Shown: positions 37,487 to 50,623 of the stretch, one piece after another
Position numbering within the stretch: the stretch's first letter is position 1
Layout: each line of letters begins with the position of its first letter
NCBI GenBank assembly: GCA_012295275.1
Contig: CM022671.1
Location: 27,342,001 to 27,406,000 of the forward strand
DNA from: Chrysomallon squamiferum
Lineage: Eukaryota > Animalia > Mollusca
Length of the DNA stretch: 64,000 bases
Direction of reading: 5' to 3'
Position numbers and translations under genes: made by a program
Notes under the pieces: model-generated
The model's database searches: none
What the model was told of the DNA's origin: nothing
The model's input: the letters and a program-made list of their open reading frames with translations, nothing else

Positions 37487-40400
37487 AAGATAATGACAAG
37501 GACGTCCTTTCTTTGATTAAGGGCCAGATATAAAAAAAAAAAAAGACTTTTACAATCTGGTTGTGTTCCTGATACTAAATGTTGAAGACGAGTGTGTGAG
37601 TAATAGTCAAAACCTTTTAAAATACAGAGCTGTAGGAGGAAAATGTGAAGCACAAGCAGAAAAACACCCACACAAAACTTTTACACATATATACATATAC
37701 ATAAAGGTTGCAAACACAAACACATGTATTTATATTTATTATTATCACACTGACAGTGGTTTTCAGAACAAAACCTACCTTTGGTGTCGAGGACGATTGT
37801 CTTCTCTTCTGCATTAAAGCACATGGCGGTGTTGCAGTCACTGTGAAAACAAAACAAAACTTTTAATTCTTTCATATTCTTGTTAACTGCAGTACAAAAT
37901 GAACCTGTTCTTATCCATCACACTGTCATTTTATGACTGACTGTTTTGTTAAAAAATACATTTTTCACAACTTTCTGATAAAGGTATGCGACCTGACACA
38001 TCCATGCATTCATTTCATTTAGACTATGGTCAGAGATTAATTAAAAGTAGTGGTCAAACAAAAATAAAGAAATCTAAATTTTTGTGGATGGGTAGTCAGC
38101 TTGGAAAACATGAAAGTTAATTAACATGCTGAATGTGCTGAAAATGCAGCAGATAGTTTGTTGATTGCCAATAAAATGTCATGAAAACTGACTCATTTTA
38201 TTTAGAGTGAACAGCTTGCACAACATTTCTGATAAAAAAATGTATTAAATAATTGTTCAAACAGCTAAAGAAATTCAGCTTTCAATCTTAGTGCAGATGC
38301 TGTAGATGTATATCGTTTTGCTCTGATGGTGCGATCAACCAGCTTACTGTAAGAACACGTGGACCATAAAACCCTTGTTCAGTTTTATTTCTTAATAATT
38401 TCAGTTAAAATAATAATAAATGTATTTTACTACTAAAATAAATTAAAAATTACACCTCTGCATTTTTTATATGTTGTTGGTTAAATCTTGGACTTTAATT
38501 TTAAATAGAGGTCATATGGACCACAAGGTCAAACAAAAGGTCAAAGGGTTACTCAGATTTAGTTTGCACCTATCAAGAGACAACAAAATAATCCTTATCA
38601 AATTAGCTTTCCAAAAACACCAATTTCATCAAAAATGACCTACTGGTTATCAAGATATATGGGTCTAAAAAGGGGCATTCCTACACATTTTTGGGGGCAA
38701 AAAGCTAAAATTTTGGGGGGTGTTTTGACATGTAATAATAAAATTGTTTTATATAACAATTTATGTAAAAAATGAATTACATATATTTGTTCCTTTGTTA
38801 ATTTTCATTACCTATACAAACTTACATGTGTGTCTGGAGTTCTATAACTGTAGGTAATTTTCAGTAAAAGAAAATTCTATTTAGTATAAAAATTATGAAA
38901 AATACATTATAAAGTGCATGAACTGTTTGCTTAGTTCATTAAATATAACAGTCTGACTTTAAGAAAAGAAAGATAAAAAAACATAAATTAAAAAAATTAA
39001 TTTAAAGATATCAAATTATATTAAATACTAATAAATAAAAACCTTCAGATATAAAATGTCCCAATAATTCAGCTGCATTTAAAATTATAATTAATTGCTT
39101 TTTGTTTCAGTTTTGGTATATTGAATGATTTAAAGCAAGCATGAAACTTTAAAAAAACAAAAACAAATTAAACTGTCTTAAAGCAGATGAACAAAAACAC
39201 AAAAATATGAACTACTGCATATAAATTTAACAAGCCATGGAAATAAGAAACTTTGAAATATATTTTGTAACAGTTTCTAGCTAATTGAATATCTAACATA
39301 TAAAATAAAAAAAAAAAAAAAAAATAGACATTGCTGTTTTTATTACTATTTATTTATTTTTTTAAATCATCTCCATTTTAAATTTGAATTTTAAATTTAA
39401 TATGTTTAAATCCTTTTGCATTAATTTTCACTTATCAGTAATGATTATGTCCATGATTTAAACTAATAGTTTTAACTTCTGTAACATCATTCACAAAGGC
39501 CTCGAATCAGTCAATTTATTGGGTCACCTGATTGTTTGGGAAATACAGTCTTTAGTACAAACTGTAGGTGTGCTATCAAATTATGATCATGTATAGAACA
39601 AAGCGTCCTGAACAGCTACAGGTTTTTGTGTATCTGTAGAGAAACATATATCTCTGTGCAGGGGAAGATCTATTATGAAACTAATGAAGCATATGCTTCA
39701 GAGCCCATAATTCAGGAGGGGCCCCTAAAGCCACTTTAGTCCACAAAATGATTCAAAAATTTTAATCCAAATCTGGTTAAATTTTCAAAAGATTTAGGAT
39801 GATCTGTCATGGAACATGTGGTTACCATGAATTTTTGCTGCTTCCAAAGGACCCCCGTAAGAGATTAAGCTTCAGGAAAAGTAAAAAATGTAGGTCCAGC
39901 TACTGTCCATGTGTGAGATGGATTGAATGTATACACTTAATGTAACAGATTAATAAAAGTGGAACAAGTATTTCAAGTAAAATCTCAGGGTTTCAAAACA
40001 GCTGTTGAAGTTAGGACACAGAATATCAGGATGTTCTTTCACAAATATAATAATTCTATTTTAATTTTTATTTTTAAATAATGTTTATTGGGGATATTTA
40101 CTTCAAAAGAAAATAAAAAAGTTTGTAAAAGATTTCATAAAAAAAAAAAAAAATAATAAATAAATTATGTATGTATGTATGTATCAATCTTTTTTTGTTT
40201 TCAATGATTTATTTAGGAAGATTTACAGCAGCAAACTATATTTCGTAATAGAATTATTACACACCAGGATGTGAACTGGGTAATTTGATCACTGATGCAA
40301 CAACAGCTATTAATAATAGTGTTCAACATACCTAATTACTTAATTTACACACAAATTTCTAATAGAAAATTTTAAAAATTGATCATAATGAAATATAATA

Positions 40401-40642
40401 TGATGTAACTGTATGAAATATAATACAATACAATATAATATTGGATTACATTTTTACTTTTTACATTCAGTTTTGATTTTAATGATTTTGTTTCCTTAAA
40501 ATTGGCAGATTCCCTTATTTTATTGCGAGCAGTATAACACATAACGGTATCTATGTAATGCCAACATCTTACCTTGGCAGAATTCTTTACATCGTGAACA
40601 GATAAAAAAGCCTCTGGCAAAACATTTTTTAATCGAAATCAT
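23114..40642 (-). CDS. PEPM: Phosphoenolpyruvate phosphomutase (PEP mutase, EC 5.4.2.9), 9 exons, 335 aa including the N-terminal extension
   Basis: Exons 5'->3': 40642-40573, 37840-37779, 35597-35501, 32364-32152, 27013-26913, 26637-26520, 25201-25122, 23992-23810, 23197-23114(TGA). All phases agree and the total is 1008 nt. Motifs: [25 protein letters not shown], the PepM-diagnostic EDK-X5-NS ([10 protein letters not shown]), ARVEA, ILMHS, VIWANH, EKKYLP. It is closely similar to Mytilus PEP mutase as I recall that sequence. The two 5' exons are less certain than the core seven. Confidence 0.95.
34032..34087. repeat. Inverted repeat / hairpin in a PEPM intron
   Basis: Perfect 14-bp stem TAAGATATTCATGT-tctg-ACATGAATATCTTA at 34044-34075, extendable by about 12 bp with mismatches. 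Confidence 0.8.
39659..39905. mobile_element. Older, degenerate hAT-like MITE in PEPM intron 1
   Basis: Degenerate termini CAGGGGAAGATCTA ... TAGGTCCAGCTACTG. Flanks TCTCTGTG / TCCATGTG match 6 of 8 (eroded TSD). The GCTTCAG and GG(G/A)CCCC motifs recur near both ends. Confidence 0.55.
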
Positions 40643-40649
40643 TTTGGTT

Positions 40650-40810
40650 CGTATCGCACACTTCAGACAGTCACAATTTCATGTATCGGACGTGTGTACT
40701 CGGCAATCGCCTAACACTGTATGACAGCAGCATTCAAGCCAGGTTCTTAAAGCGTGGCGATACCGGTTCGGTTTTTAGTATCACGTGATATCGCCATACG
40801 ACAAATCGTT
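40650..40810 (-). promoter_or_regulatory. CpG-enriched PEPM promoter/5'UTR with a palindromic E-box
   Basis: Dense CpG in an otherwise CpG-depleted window, directly upstream of ATG 40642. Perfect 12-bp palindrome TATCACGTGATA at 40779-40790. Inverted TGGCGATA / TATCGCCA at 40755-40762 and 40789-40796. Confidence 0.65.
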
Positions 40811-41328
40811 ATTGTTTTGTTTCTCATATCCTTAATGTAGTTAACTGTTAAATTATTACTGAGTGGATACAAATATATAATTTTTACCAACGTATTTTCA
40901 AATCCATGAGAATTTTTAACATATGATACATATTTATCGGTTTGTTTTGCAATTACATTAGCATTTATTAATCAAATATACTATACGTCTTAATATCGTG
41001 TACAAGAACGAACGTATTATATACATAGTCCGATAATTATTATCTGTGGATTTATTAGATAAAAATCAATCTTCTTTATTTTTGAAGATCTCCCGATCTC
41101 GATCTCTCTCTCTCTCTCTCTCGATAGATAGATACAGACATAGATACATACATCCACATCCACAGATACTTAAAATAAAAAAATAATAAATGTAACAAAC
41201 AATATATAAAATAAATAATTAGAAAAATAGATAATTAATAGTAATAAAAATCAGTAAATAAAGTTAATAAAACTGAAACAAAAATAATAAAATAAAATAA
41301 AATAATGAAATGTAAATCATGAGTCACT

Positions 41329-41364
<36 letters not shown>

Positions 41365-41366
41365 TA

Positions 41367-41436
41367 TATGTCGAAAATATGCATCGATATTGAAATATAT
41401 ATATATATTTCAACATCGATGCATATTTTCGTCATA
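41367..41436. repeat. 70-bp near-perfect palindrome with an (AT)n centre
   Basis: TATGTCGAAAATATGCATCGATATTGAAATATATA|TATATATTTCAACATCGATGCATATTTTCGTCATA: 35-bp arms, 2 mismatches, no loop. Confidence 0.93.
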
Positions 41437-41613
41437 GTATATCTCTCGACTATTAGAGTTTAAAAAATAAAGTTATAGATGCCTCCGATGCATTTAAAAT
41501 GTATTAGTTTTAAGTACTGGTATAACGCTCCTAAAATATTGTTACCATTTTCATTCATAGCTTAATCACACAATATTTTTTTGACAATATATATTATACT
41601 GATAAGTTTATTA

Positions 41614-41655
<42 letters not shown>

Positions 41656-41689
41656 CTCTGTAATTTTGTACGTTTTACTGATCCAAAAA

Positions 41690-42850
41690 TAGAGGGCATT
41701 TCATGATGTTCAGCCACTTCAGTACATGGCTACGGAAGCAAACACGTTCTTTATGCCTCCTACCAAATGAAGACCACGTAGGCTGCTTGAGTATAAATGC
41801 AGTTGATATCTAACGATTGTTATGTTCAACAGCTTTCTTCATGTAATAGAAAGAGCAAATTGTAATAATAATAATAATAATAAGCCAATACGGACAACAG
41901 ATTGACCGAGACGGGGGTGACCTCAGAGTCCCTCATACTTTTTTCTCTGTAATACTGTTACAAATGCATATTAAGATATTGAAAAATATATCTATTACAT
42001 TATTGATGCTTTTCTAATCCGAACTTCTGTAACCGCTTTTAAAAATGAACAAAATACTATATTTTATTTAATAATTCAACGTTTTGGTGTGTTTTTTCAA
42101 TACCAGATGCACGGGGGATAAAAGTATTTTTCTAATCCAGCTGAAGCAATGTTTTAACAAGTACAGTTATAGTTGTAAAAAGTACCGGATCAGTCTAATG
42201 TAGCATTTCGCTTCAGACAGCGGTATTAAACACTGCGTCAGTGTTTTCACGGCTTCGACTCATTTATAAACATAATTTCTGTTGTTAATCCTGTCATTTG
42301 ACTTGTTCTGGTCACTGTGACAAGCTGAACGCGCCGTGTTCCCCGACTATCATAGATATATGAACACATATCGTAAGCATGCCCATTAGACTTGTCATTT
42401 TTCAGAAATTAGAATACAATTAAGTAATAAATCTTTTGTGGTTAACTTGTCTGCGGTTGCACCCTTTTGATCTGTGTTACCCTTTGCAATCACTACTTTA
42501 TTTCATACAATTATGTTGCTTCATTAATTATTCAATAAATAATTTGAAATTAGTATACTTCGAATAATTAATTATTTATTTACCAGTAGGCCTAATAATA
42601 GATAACAAATTCCAAAAATATGTAGATTAAAATAATAATAATAATTTTAAAAATGCGAAATTGCTGTTTTGACGTCACATCATATTGACGTAAAGGATCT
42701 GAAAGGTTCTGCAGAAGCCACTCCTTAGATCTGTAATGAACAGAAAAATGTAAAGAAAAATAATATGTATGTTTTATAAGTAGAGCTTTTTGAGACAATC
42801 CGCGTGCACGAATCTAGCGTGCTGGTGTACATTTGCATTAGATACGTTTT
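41690..42850 (+). promoter_or_regulatory. CpG-enriched promoter / non-coding first exon region of the DUF3105 gene
   Basis: CpG-rich patches. Candidate 5'UTR donor ATC|gtaagc near 42372. Consensus CRE TGACGTCA at 42670-42677 and TGACGTAA at 42686-42693. The first coding exon begins after a poly-T-CAG acceptor (46640), so an upstream UTR exon is implied. Confidence 0.5.
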
Positions 42851-42865
42851 CCATGACTTTTGACC

Positions 42866-43129
42866 CAGTGACGTGCAGAGGTCTGGTGATGCCCGGGGCC
42901 AACTCCTTGATTGTATGCCCCAAAGACTCAACTATAAGTCCTGGTACTGAGAAATATTACTAGAAAGGAAGATGTTTTGAATATGTAAACACAGATGAAA
43001 CAGAAAATAAACACTTTATTCAATTTAAATATAAATCAACCAAATTTATTAAGTACTTTTCTGTGATTGGATGCCTCCCTTTTGGGGTGCCCGGGACACC
43101 GCCTCTTCGCCCCCCTCTGCACGCCACTG
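42866..43129. mobile_element. Intact non-autonomous hAT-type DNA transposon (MITE), 264 bp
   Basis: 16-bp TIRs CAGTGACGTGCAGAGG / CCTCTGCACGCCACTG with 1 mismatch. Perfect 8-bp TSD TTTTGACC at 42858-42865 and 43130-43137. GC-rich subterminal GCCCGGG motifs on both sides. Confidence 0.92.
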
Positions 43130-43932
43130 TTTTGACCTTACGTTTTGTTTATCGAAACGACAATTTTTGCAGATTTCTGCTTTGTTATTCAGTTTTAATA
43201 GTATTGGTTCGTGAGCAATTATGACAACATATTTTGAAGCAGGGTAATTTTTAAATTCATTAACTTCAGATAATTACACACTTAAGAAATACCGTTTCAT
43301 CAAACATCGAGATAAAAGAACAGTAGTTTTGAATTAAAACTTTAAAAGTTTCGATCATGTTTTGAAGTGATACAGATACAGATAAATTATGTGATGGTTT
43401 ATTATTTAATTACTTAAAAAAGAAATATAAATAAAATGATATACCTATGTTGCAATATCGTTAATTTCCTTATCGATATAGGCTCAGCTTATTTACTGTA
43501 ATTTTTAAGTTAAATTATAATCTTAAAAAAGTAAATTTAGAAGTAACTTTAAATATTAATGTCTGTTTCTAAAATAAATTAATAACTGAATTACTATTTT
43601 ACAAATTATGAATATATACTACTACTACTAATTATTATTTAATTTCATACCAGCTTTATTCAGATTAATTTACAAACCTTAAGGCTGAAATGGTTAGTAT
43701 CCAAAAAATCAGTTCTAGATAAAACCCCACAAATTCAAAATAAAATGCATTGTTATATTATATGCACTTAAGTAAGATGTATTAAATCACTATAAATATT
43801 TGTTAGAATAAAAGTATTACAGAACTAAGAAAATACATTTAAAAATAAATAAATAAATAAAAAATCAGGGTTATTTTTAAATATATTAACTGAAGAAATT
43901 TTTGACCTAAGTATAAATAAAAAATAAAACCC

Positions 43933-44111
43933 CCAAAGACTGTAGCTGTACTTTTTTTATTTTATAAAGTAAATATTTTGTTAGTTTTAATATATCATTC
44001 AAACAAAAAAAAAAAAAAAAAAACAGCCAAAGACTGTAGCTGTACTTTTTAATTTTAATTTTATTTTATAAAGTCAGTATTTTGTTAGTTTTAATATATC
44101 ATTCAAACAAA
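43933..44111. repeat. Local direct duplication of about 75-85 bp separated by an A-tract
   Basis: CCAAAGACTGTAGCTGTACTTTTT...TTTTGTTAGTTTTAATATATCATTCAAACAAA occurs at 43933-44007 and again at 44027-44111. Confidence 0.85.
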
Positions 44112-46644
44112 GATATACCGTTACAGGTAGTGTTGAAATACAGGTGGAGACTTTTTCACTTTTTTTTTTGTTTGTTGTTCTGCGATCATTTATCCTTAAA
44201 TTGTATTAAGGATTCTTGCCATATACAATTGGTACTTAATACAAGAACCATGTCACACATGCAAGAATCTGATTACACTAAAAGTACATTAATAAATTAA
44301 ATCTGACCTGACTCTTGTTCAAATGTTAGAATAATGCTGGTCTTGTTTTTCCATGCATTATTTACAAAATCTGTAACACAGAATATCGGTTTCATTAAAG
44401 CTGAAACCTTTATTATTGAGGAAAAGCTGTTTACTTTATGTACCAATTATGTACTGTTATTTTTTAACAGTTATCAGCAATTACTTGAAATATTTTCAAT
44501 GTAACAGATGAATGCTTAGGTTTGATAATTAAGTGTTAACAGACTTTGCATTATAGTAATCTTTCTTTTTTCTTTCTTTCACGTCTGTTTTTTTATTTTT
44601 TATTTATTTTTTTATCTGAATTCTTTAAGCAGAATATTTGTAACGGTATTTGAAACCAATATTTTATAATTTATTAATACTCTTTTTAATATTTATTAAG
44701 TAAGTTGTAGTTTAGTAAGATTTTTTTTTCTTTCCATCACTCCAGGCTTTATCTTCATAATTTGCATTCCTTTAGCCGGATATTTGCAGTGAGAATTAAA
44801 TAAATAAAAGAACTATTTCTCTTAACATAGAGAGAAAAATGTAAACTGGTTACCCCTGTCAAGAATTAATTTGGATTAAAATTACAGCTTATGGGACTTA
44901 ACTTGTAGCAGTTCTTAACTCCTGAGTGTTAATGTGAGTAATCGTGTGAATTTACTGTTACTTGAGATGAACAATTTTGTATTTAAAATACATTCTTAAA
45001 TTATACATTATACATCAAAATGTCAAGTGCAAAATTTGTTTTTTGTTTATGATCTGTTAAATATGTATACTTTTTCCTTATTTTTGTTTTAGTGTGGCTT
45101 GGGTTTCTTTTTTTAAAACTTTTTTTCTGGTAAATATTAGCACCTGTAATTCTTAGCACAAGTTTATTGTATGATTCACATGTCTCTTTTCATGGACTTG
45201 TTTACTTTTTGTATTTACTGTGATAAAACGTGAACTGTCTTTTTGTTTCAACAATATGGAGTATGTTAATTTTGTTTTGGTTTTGTTATGGTTTAGGTAT
45301 ACTGTTATGGCCACCACAGTTTTTGCATATATGAATTATTTAATGATATTATTTCATATTATTCTCTGCAGTTGTATTGTTCATAAATAAAATAATCATA
45401 CATCATTATTAAACAACAGCTGTTTGTAACTACAAAACTTATTAAAGTGTGCTAAATGCATATATGACAAAAATTAATGAATGAGTATTTATTTAATAAT
45501 ACATTAACTCATTTTAATGTTAATTATTATTAGAGTTGACATAATTTTTTTATATTTTTTAAAGATGATTATGACAGAGAAAAACCACAGCTTTCATTGC
45601 ACGGGTTATGATTTAAACGTTTTATTTTATTTTTGTTATTATTTGTTTTCAGTCTTTATAAAAATTAAAATATTGCAGTAATTCCATGGGCTTTGCATTT
45701 ATAAGCATTTTCCCGCAAACAGGAAGACATACACCATGACCTGTGATAAAACAGGGCAAAGCTTAACAATCAAACCAAGGTGTTTTGATCCTGTAATCTT
45801 TAATTCTTCACTTCAGCATTCTAACGACTGATCTAGAGCCTACCACACAAGTGTTGAGGATTTTCCATTCAGCTTTTACAGGAATTCAATACCATATACC
45901 AGACCCATTTATCTCTGAGTCATAATTCAACTTGAAATGTAGGATATGAACTATATGCACTTTACATTTCAATGTGTAACAGGCTGTACTGTATTATGTG
46001 GATGCCTGTCCTTCATCACGGCAGCACCACTATCAAAATGTTGACCAAAGTTATGTTACTTGCAGGTCACCAAGTTTAGATTGGAAAATTATTATAAATT
46101 TTTTGACTTGTTATTTTTTTAATTCTATTTCACAAAACAAACTGATGCAGAAATGTGTATAAACCCATGCATGCACGTATAAAATCTATGTATATATAAA
46201 CAGACATACACATGCATACAGAAATGACATATTACACACATATAGCTGAAGAAAAATACAAATGCATATTCACTGTTAAGAAAGATAAAATACAGCATTT
46301 GATTTTCATTTCATTTTAAATATGATATGAGAATTCTATGAAAAATAAAAATAATAATGTAATAATAAAAATAATGTTAAAAAAAAGAAAGAAAAAAACA
46401 TTTCAAAAATATACATATTAAAACAACAATGCTAGAAGTATGAATAATAATGAAAATTAAATTTTGTAATTGTTTGGTCCAGAAAAGAGTAAAAGCCCCA
46501 ACTAACAATCCAAACAAACCTGCGAGTTTAACAGCACAGTAATAAGATATAAAGTTTCTTCTAATAATTATTGTAAATATTTGTTATCCAAATCCTATTA
46601 AACCTTTTACAATTTTTTTTTTTCATTTTTTTTTTTTCAGCAGA

Positions 46645-46937
46645 ATGATACTACTCTGTGTATTCCTCCTGGCCTTCACGACTGTAGGTGTATTCAGCTT
46701 ATCACCTGATAAAAACTTGAACACAAAGACCACACCGAATCCCCACGGAGGCATACCACATGGTATTAAAAACCCAGCGTGTGATAATAATGTGGTAAGG
46801 TTTTAAAATATTTTAAAGATGTATATAATGAAGTATCTTTTTTTAATATTTTTTATCTGACATCTCTATAATGTTACAGTGAACTGGAAATAAAATGCAC
46901 CTGGTCTAATAAAATTCTTTATGTTTCCCAATTATTA

Positions 46938-46977
<40 letters not shown>

Positions 46978-47735
46978 CAATTTTTTTTTTTTTTTTGAGT
47001 GACAGTGATCACTCATAACAAAGTATGACAATAAAGTTATACTGCTACAAAACATTTGTACATCCCACTTTACTACATTACAAATCAAGTCATAATATCA
47101 TCATGTAGATGGCAGAATGAAAAACATATTTTTCTCATTTGCTAGTGAAGACTGATTTAAAATTACAGAATCATGCCTTGCAGATATTTTAAAGCTGTAC
47201 TCTCCTGTTCTTTGTTAATAATTAAGACTGGATGGTAAGAAAAACCCAGTTAAAACTAAAATTAGAAGTATGCACAGTATTTTAGGGATTAAAACTTAAA
47301 TTTTGGGAAAACTTAAATCTAAAAAAAAAAGAAAACAACCACTACAACTGCCTGTACTAATTATTCAGATTTTATTAAAAAAAAATTATACATGTACAGC
47401 ATGGTGTTGTCTGGGATGCAGAAGTCTAATCTTCTTCAAAACCTGTTAGGAAACTCAACAAGAATAATTCAGAAATTGTACAGTTTTATTTTCATTTCTT
47501 TTTAATTTATAAGTAAATTATGAAAAATTATTTCCAGATACAATGGCTAATATATTTTGAAAAACAGTTTACATATATATATATATATATATATGAGATA
47601 TTTATAAATGATTAGGAATCTTAAATTTGAAGGTGTCCAGAATGTGTGTGTGCATGTATGTATATATATGTATGTGTGCCTATATGTTATATGTGGGTGT
47701 ATGTGTGTATATATACCTGTGTGTGTGTGGGTATA

Positions 47736-47780
<45 letters not shown>

Positions 47781-50584
47781 TATGTTCAGAACTAAAATGA
47801 ATGTTTGTGAATAGTCACGTGTCAGTGATTTTAAATATTATTTTTATTTACAGTGGTATATAGAAGTTGACTGGAATCCCTTTGATTCACAAAGTTCACG
47901 TAATTACACTTGTGCTGGACCCACTCTTGATCCTGTGAGCAGTTACACTGAAATTCTTTTTATTTTAAGTTGTTATTACATTTTAATCTTCTGTTTAAAA
48001 AACCACTAACGTTTCCAGTGTTAATTTATATTACAGTTAGAACTGATTCAAAATCTTAATGTTACTTGCTGTGATTGTAATACAGAATGACCATCAGTAT
48101 GGGTAAATATGAATTGATGAAATGAAGTACACAGAGGTATATAAGCTACACATAAAGCAAAACAGTTTATATATGCATGAATTAAAAATAATTGTTGATT
48201 TTTTTTATGCATTCTCTCTGTTATATCTACAGTTGATCATATAAATTATACACCTATATTTCACCCTCTCTACATTTCTTCACTTGTGTCATATGAAACT
48301 TTTTTCTTTCTTTTATTTTTCAGGATCCTGTTGAGCCACTATTTTACTGTCAAACAAGAGAAGAGGAGGTATGTTTAAAAGCAAATTATTTTAATTTTCA
48401 CTTGAATGGATTTCAATGGTTTTGTACCAGAAAGACATGCACTGACATGTTTAGTAGTGCAAGGAGTAAATAAAGGGTACAACTACACCTTTGGAAATCT
48501 TCTTTAATAAAATACTGTTAAAAAAAAAAAAAAAGAAGAAGAAGAAGTGACTAAATATGAATAACAGTTCAGTTTTATTGAAAGAACAGTCCATATTCAA
48601 AAAGTATTGCTCCAGTATGTATTAACAAAAAGGTAAAACAAATATTAAATCCAAGTCTAATAATGAAATAATTGATTTTATTAACTATATATCAGAATTT
48701 AAACTGTATATGGATAACTTTAAAAAAAATGTCTTGTATAAAAATCTGGAAAAATTTAAAGAAAAAATATGATTTACTAATACAATTAAGAATAAGTGAC
48801 AATGAGTAAATGAAAGACAGTTACTTTAATTGGCAATTAGTTCATCAGTCTTTTTACATTTGAGATTCAGTACTTAACTGATTGTAAAAAGTCAATTAAG
48901 AGATTATGAACTGTTGTTTCTGATTGTTCAGTAATTTATATGCTAAAATGGATATAAAAGCTAAACATTTACATTTTTATAAATTTCAGAAGCCTCCTAT
49001 TCATGTTTGTTATCCACATCCAATCCATTATGAGGATGATCCCCCAATGAGGTTAAGTTTACACATTTGCTGTAGAACTGTATCATTTATGTTAAAAACA
49101 TTTTCTACCAATGATATTTTTTCTCATGTTGAAGACTATTTATGTCCATTTGGTAATTTTCGTAAAGTTTAAAATATATTTTTAACAGAAATATTTGTAA
49201 GTAAGAGTTTTAAATTTCAACTACCACATCAACAGATACACACGCATATACAGATACACATACACACAGATAGACACACATGCACCCAGAGATACAGATC
49301 CAAACATACACATACTTAAATCACTCTATATTCCTTTTGTTCATTTTAATTTTGTAATTACGAGAAACACGGAAACTCATTTTATTTTATCAGTGATAAG
49401 TGTCACTGAAGCAAACTAAAAGAAACATATTTTATTATTTATTGTATGAAATGTCTTAAATGTGCATTAGAAAAAAATTATCTCTCAAAAATATTACAAG
49501 AATTTAAAACAGATGATTAAAAATATTTACAGTGGCGCTCACAGACCGCTTTGGCCTGTATATGGAGAATACAAATTTTTGCCACCACAAAGATGGGTTC
49601 ATTCTCTGGAGGTAATCTTTTTATTTATTTTTTTTTTTTTTAATATATTATTTTTTTTTTTAAAAATAATTCAGTAGAAAAAAGAAAAAACAACTTGCAA
49701 GAGAAACTGTCAAAATCTTACATAGTTAAATACTTAGTGATTTAAACTTGTCTACATCTTTTTTTGTATTTAACAGCTGTCTTTAACTTTAAAGTGTTTT
49801 TGAAAATAGTGTGGTACATTACAACAACAACAACAAAAAAAAAAAAAAATCAACCAAAAAAAAAATAAAGAAAAATAAACAATAAATAAAACAGCTGAAA
49901 ATATTTAGTACCTTAAACATTTTCATTTCAGTCAAATTATAGTACATTGTTTAGCTTGTATACATACATACATGTAAGACACATGGAAGAACCTTCGATT
50001 TAAAAAAAAAAAAAAAAAAAAAATTAATTATTATTTTTTCAGTATGATGCATTTTATTTTATATTTTTAAATTTGTTATTATTATAATTATTATTATTAT
50101 TTTTTTTTTTTTTCAGCATGGTGCTGTGGTTCTTCTTTATCATCCATGTGCAGATAAAGATGAAGTTGCTGTTTTGAGAAAAATTGTAACAAGTTGTATC
50201 CGGAAACATATCATCACACCTTACGATCTTCCTCACGACAGGGTATTTTTATTTCATTTGACCTTAGTTAGACATGTATCCTCTTTGAGATAAAATCTGA
50301 GGTGGTTCTACTCACTGAACGTTGATATAGAATGTTCCATAGTGGCAGTCAAAATGAAAAGACAGAAATATCTGGGGGTGGTTAGGGGTGGAGAAGATAA
50401 TCCGGTATTTGATGTTAAATTTTTTTTACTTATACAAACAAAGGTGTTATGAATAAAGGTTAAGTATGTATTCATTTAATGAAATCTGCATGTTGAAAAT
50501 TATTTCTTAATGTTCCTTTCAGTTATAAACTAATTATTCTTTTAACATTTATTTTTTTAATATCTTTTTTATTTTAATTCTTTT

Positions 50585-50623
<39 letters not shown>

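Noticed and set aside
23114-40642. Bacterial contamination or recent horizontal transfer of pepM
   Set aside because: Eight spliceosomal introns, host-like composition and mollusc-type sequence.
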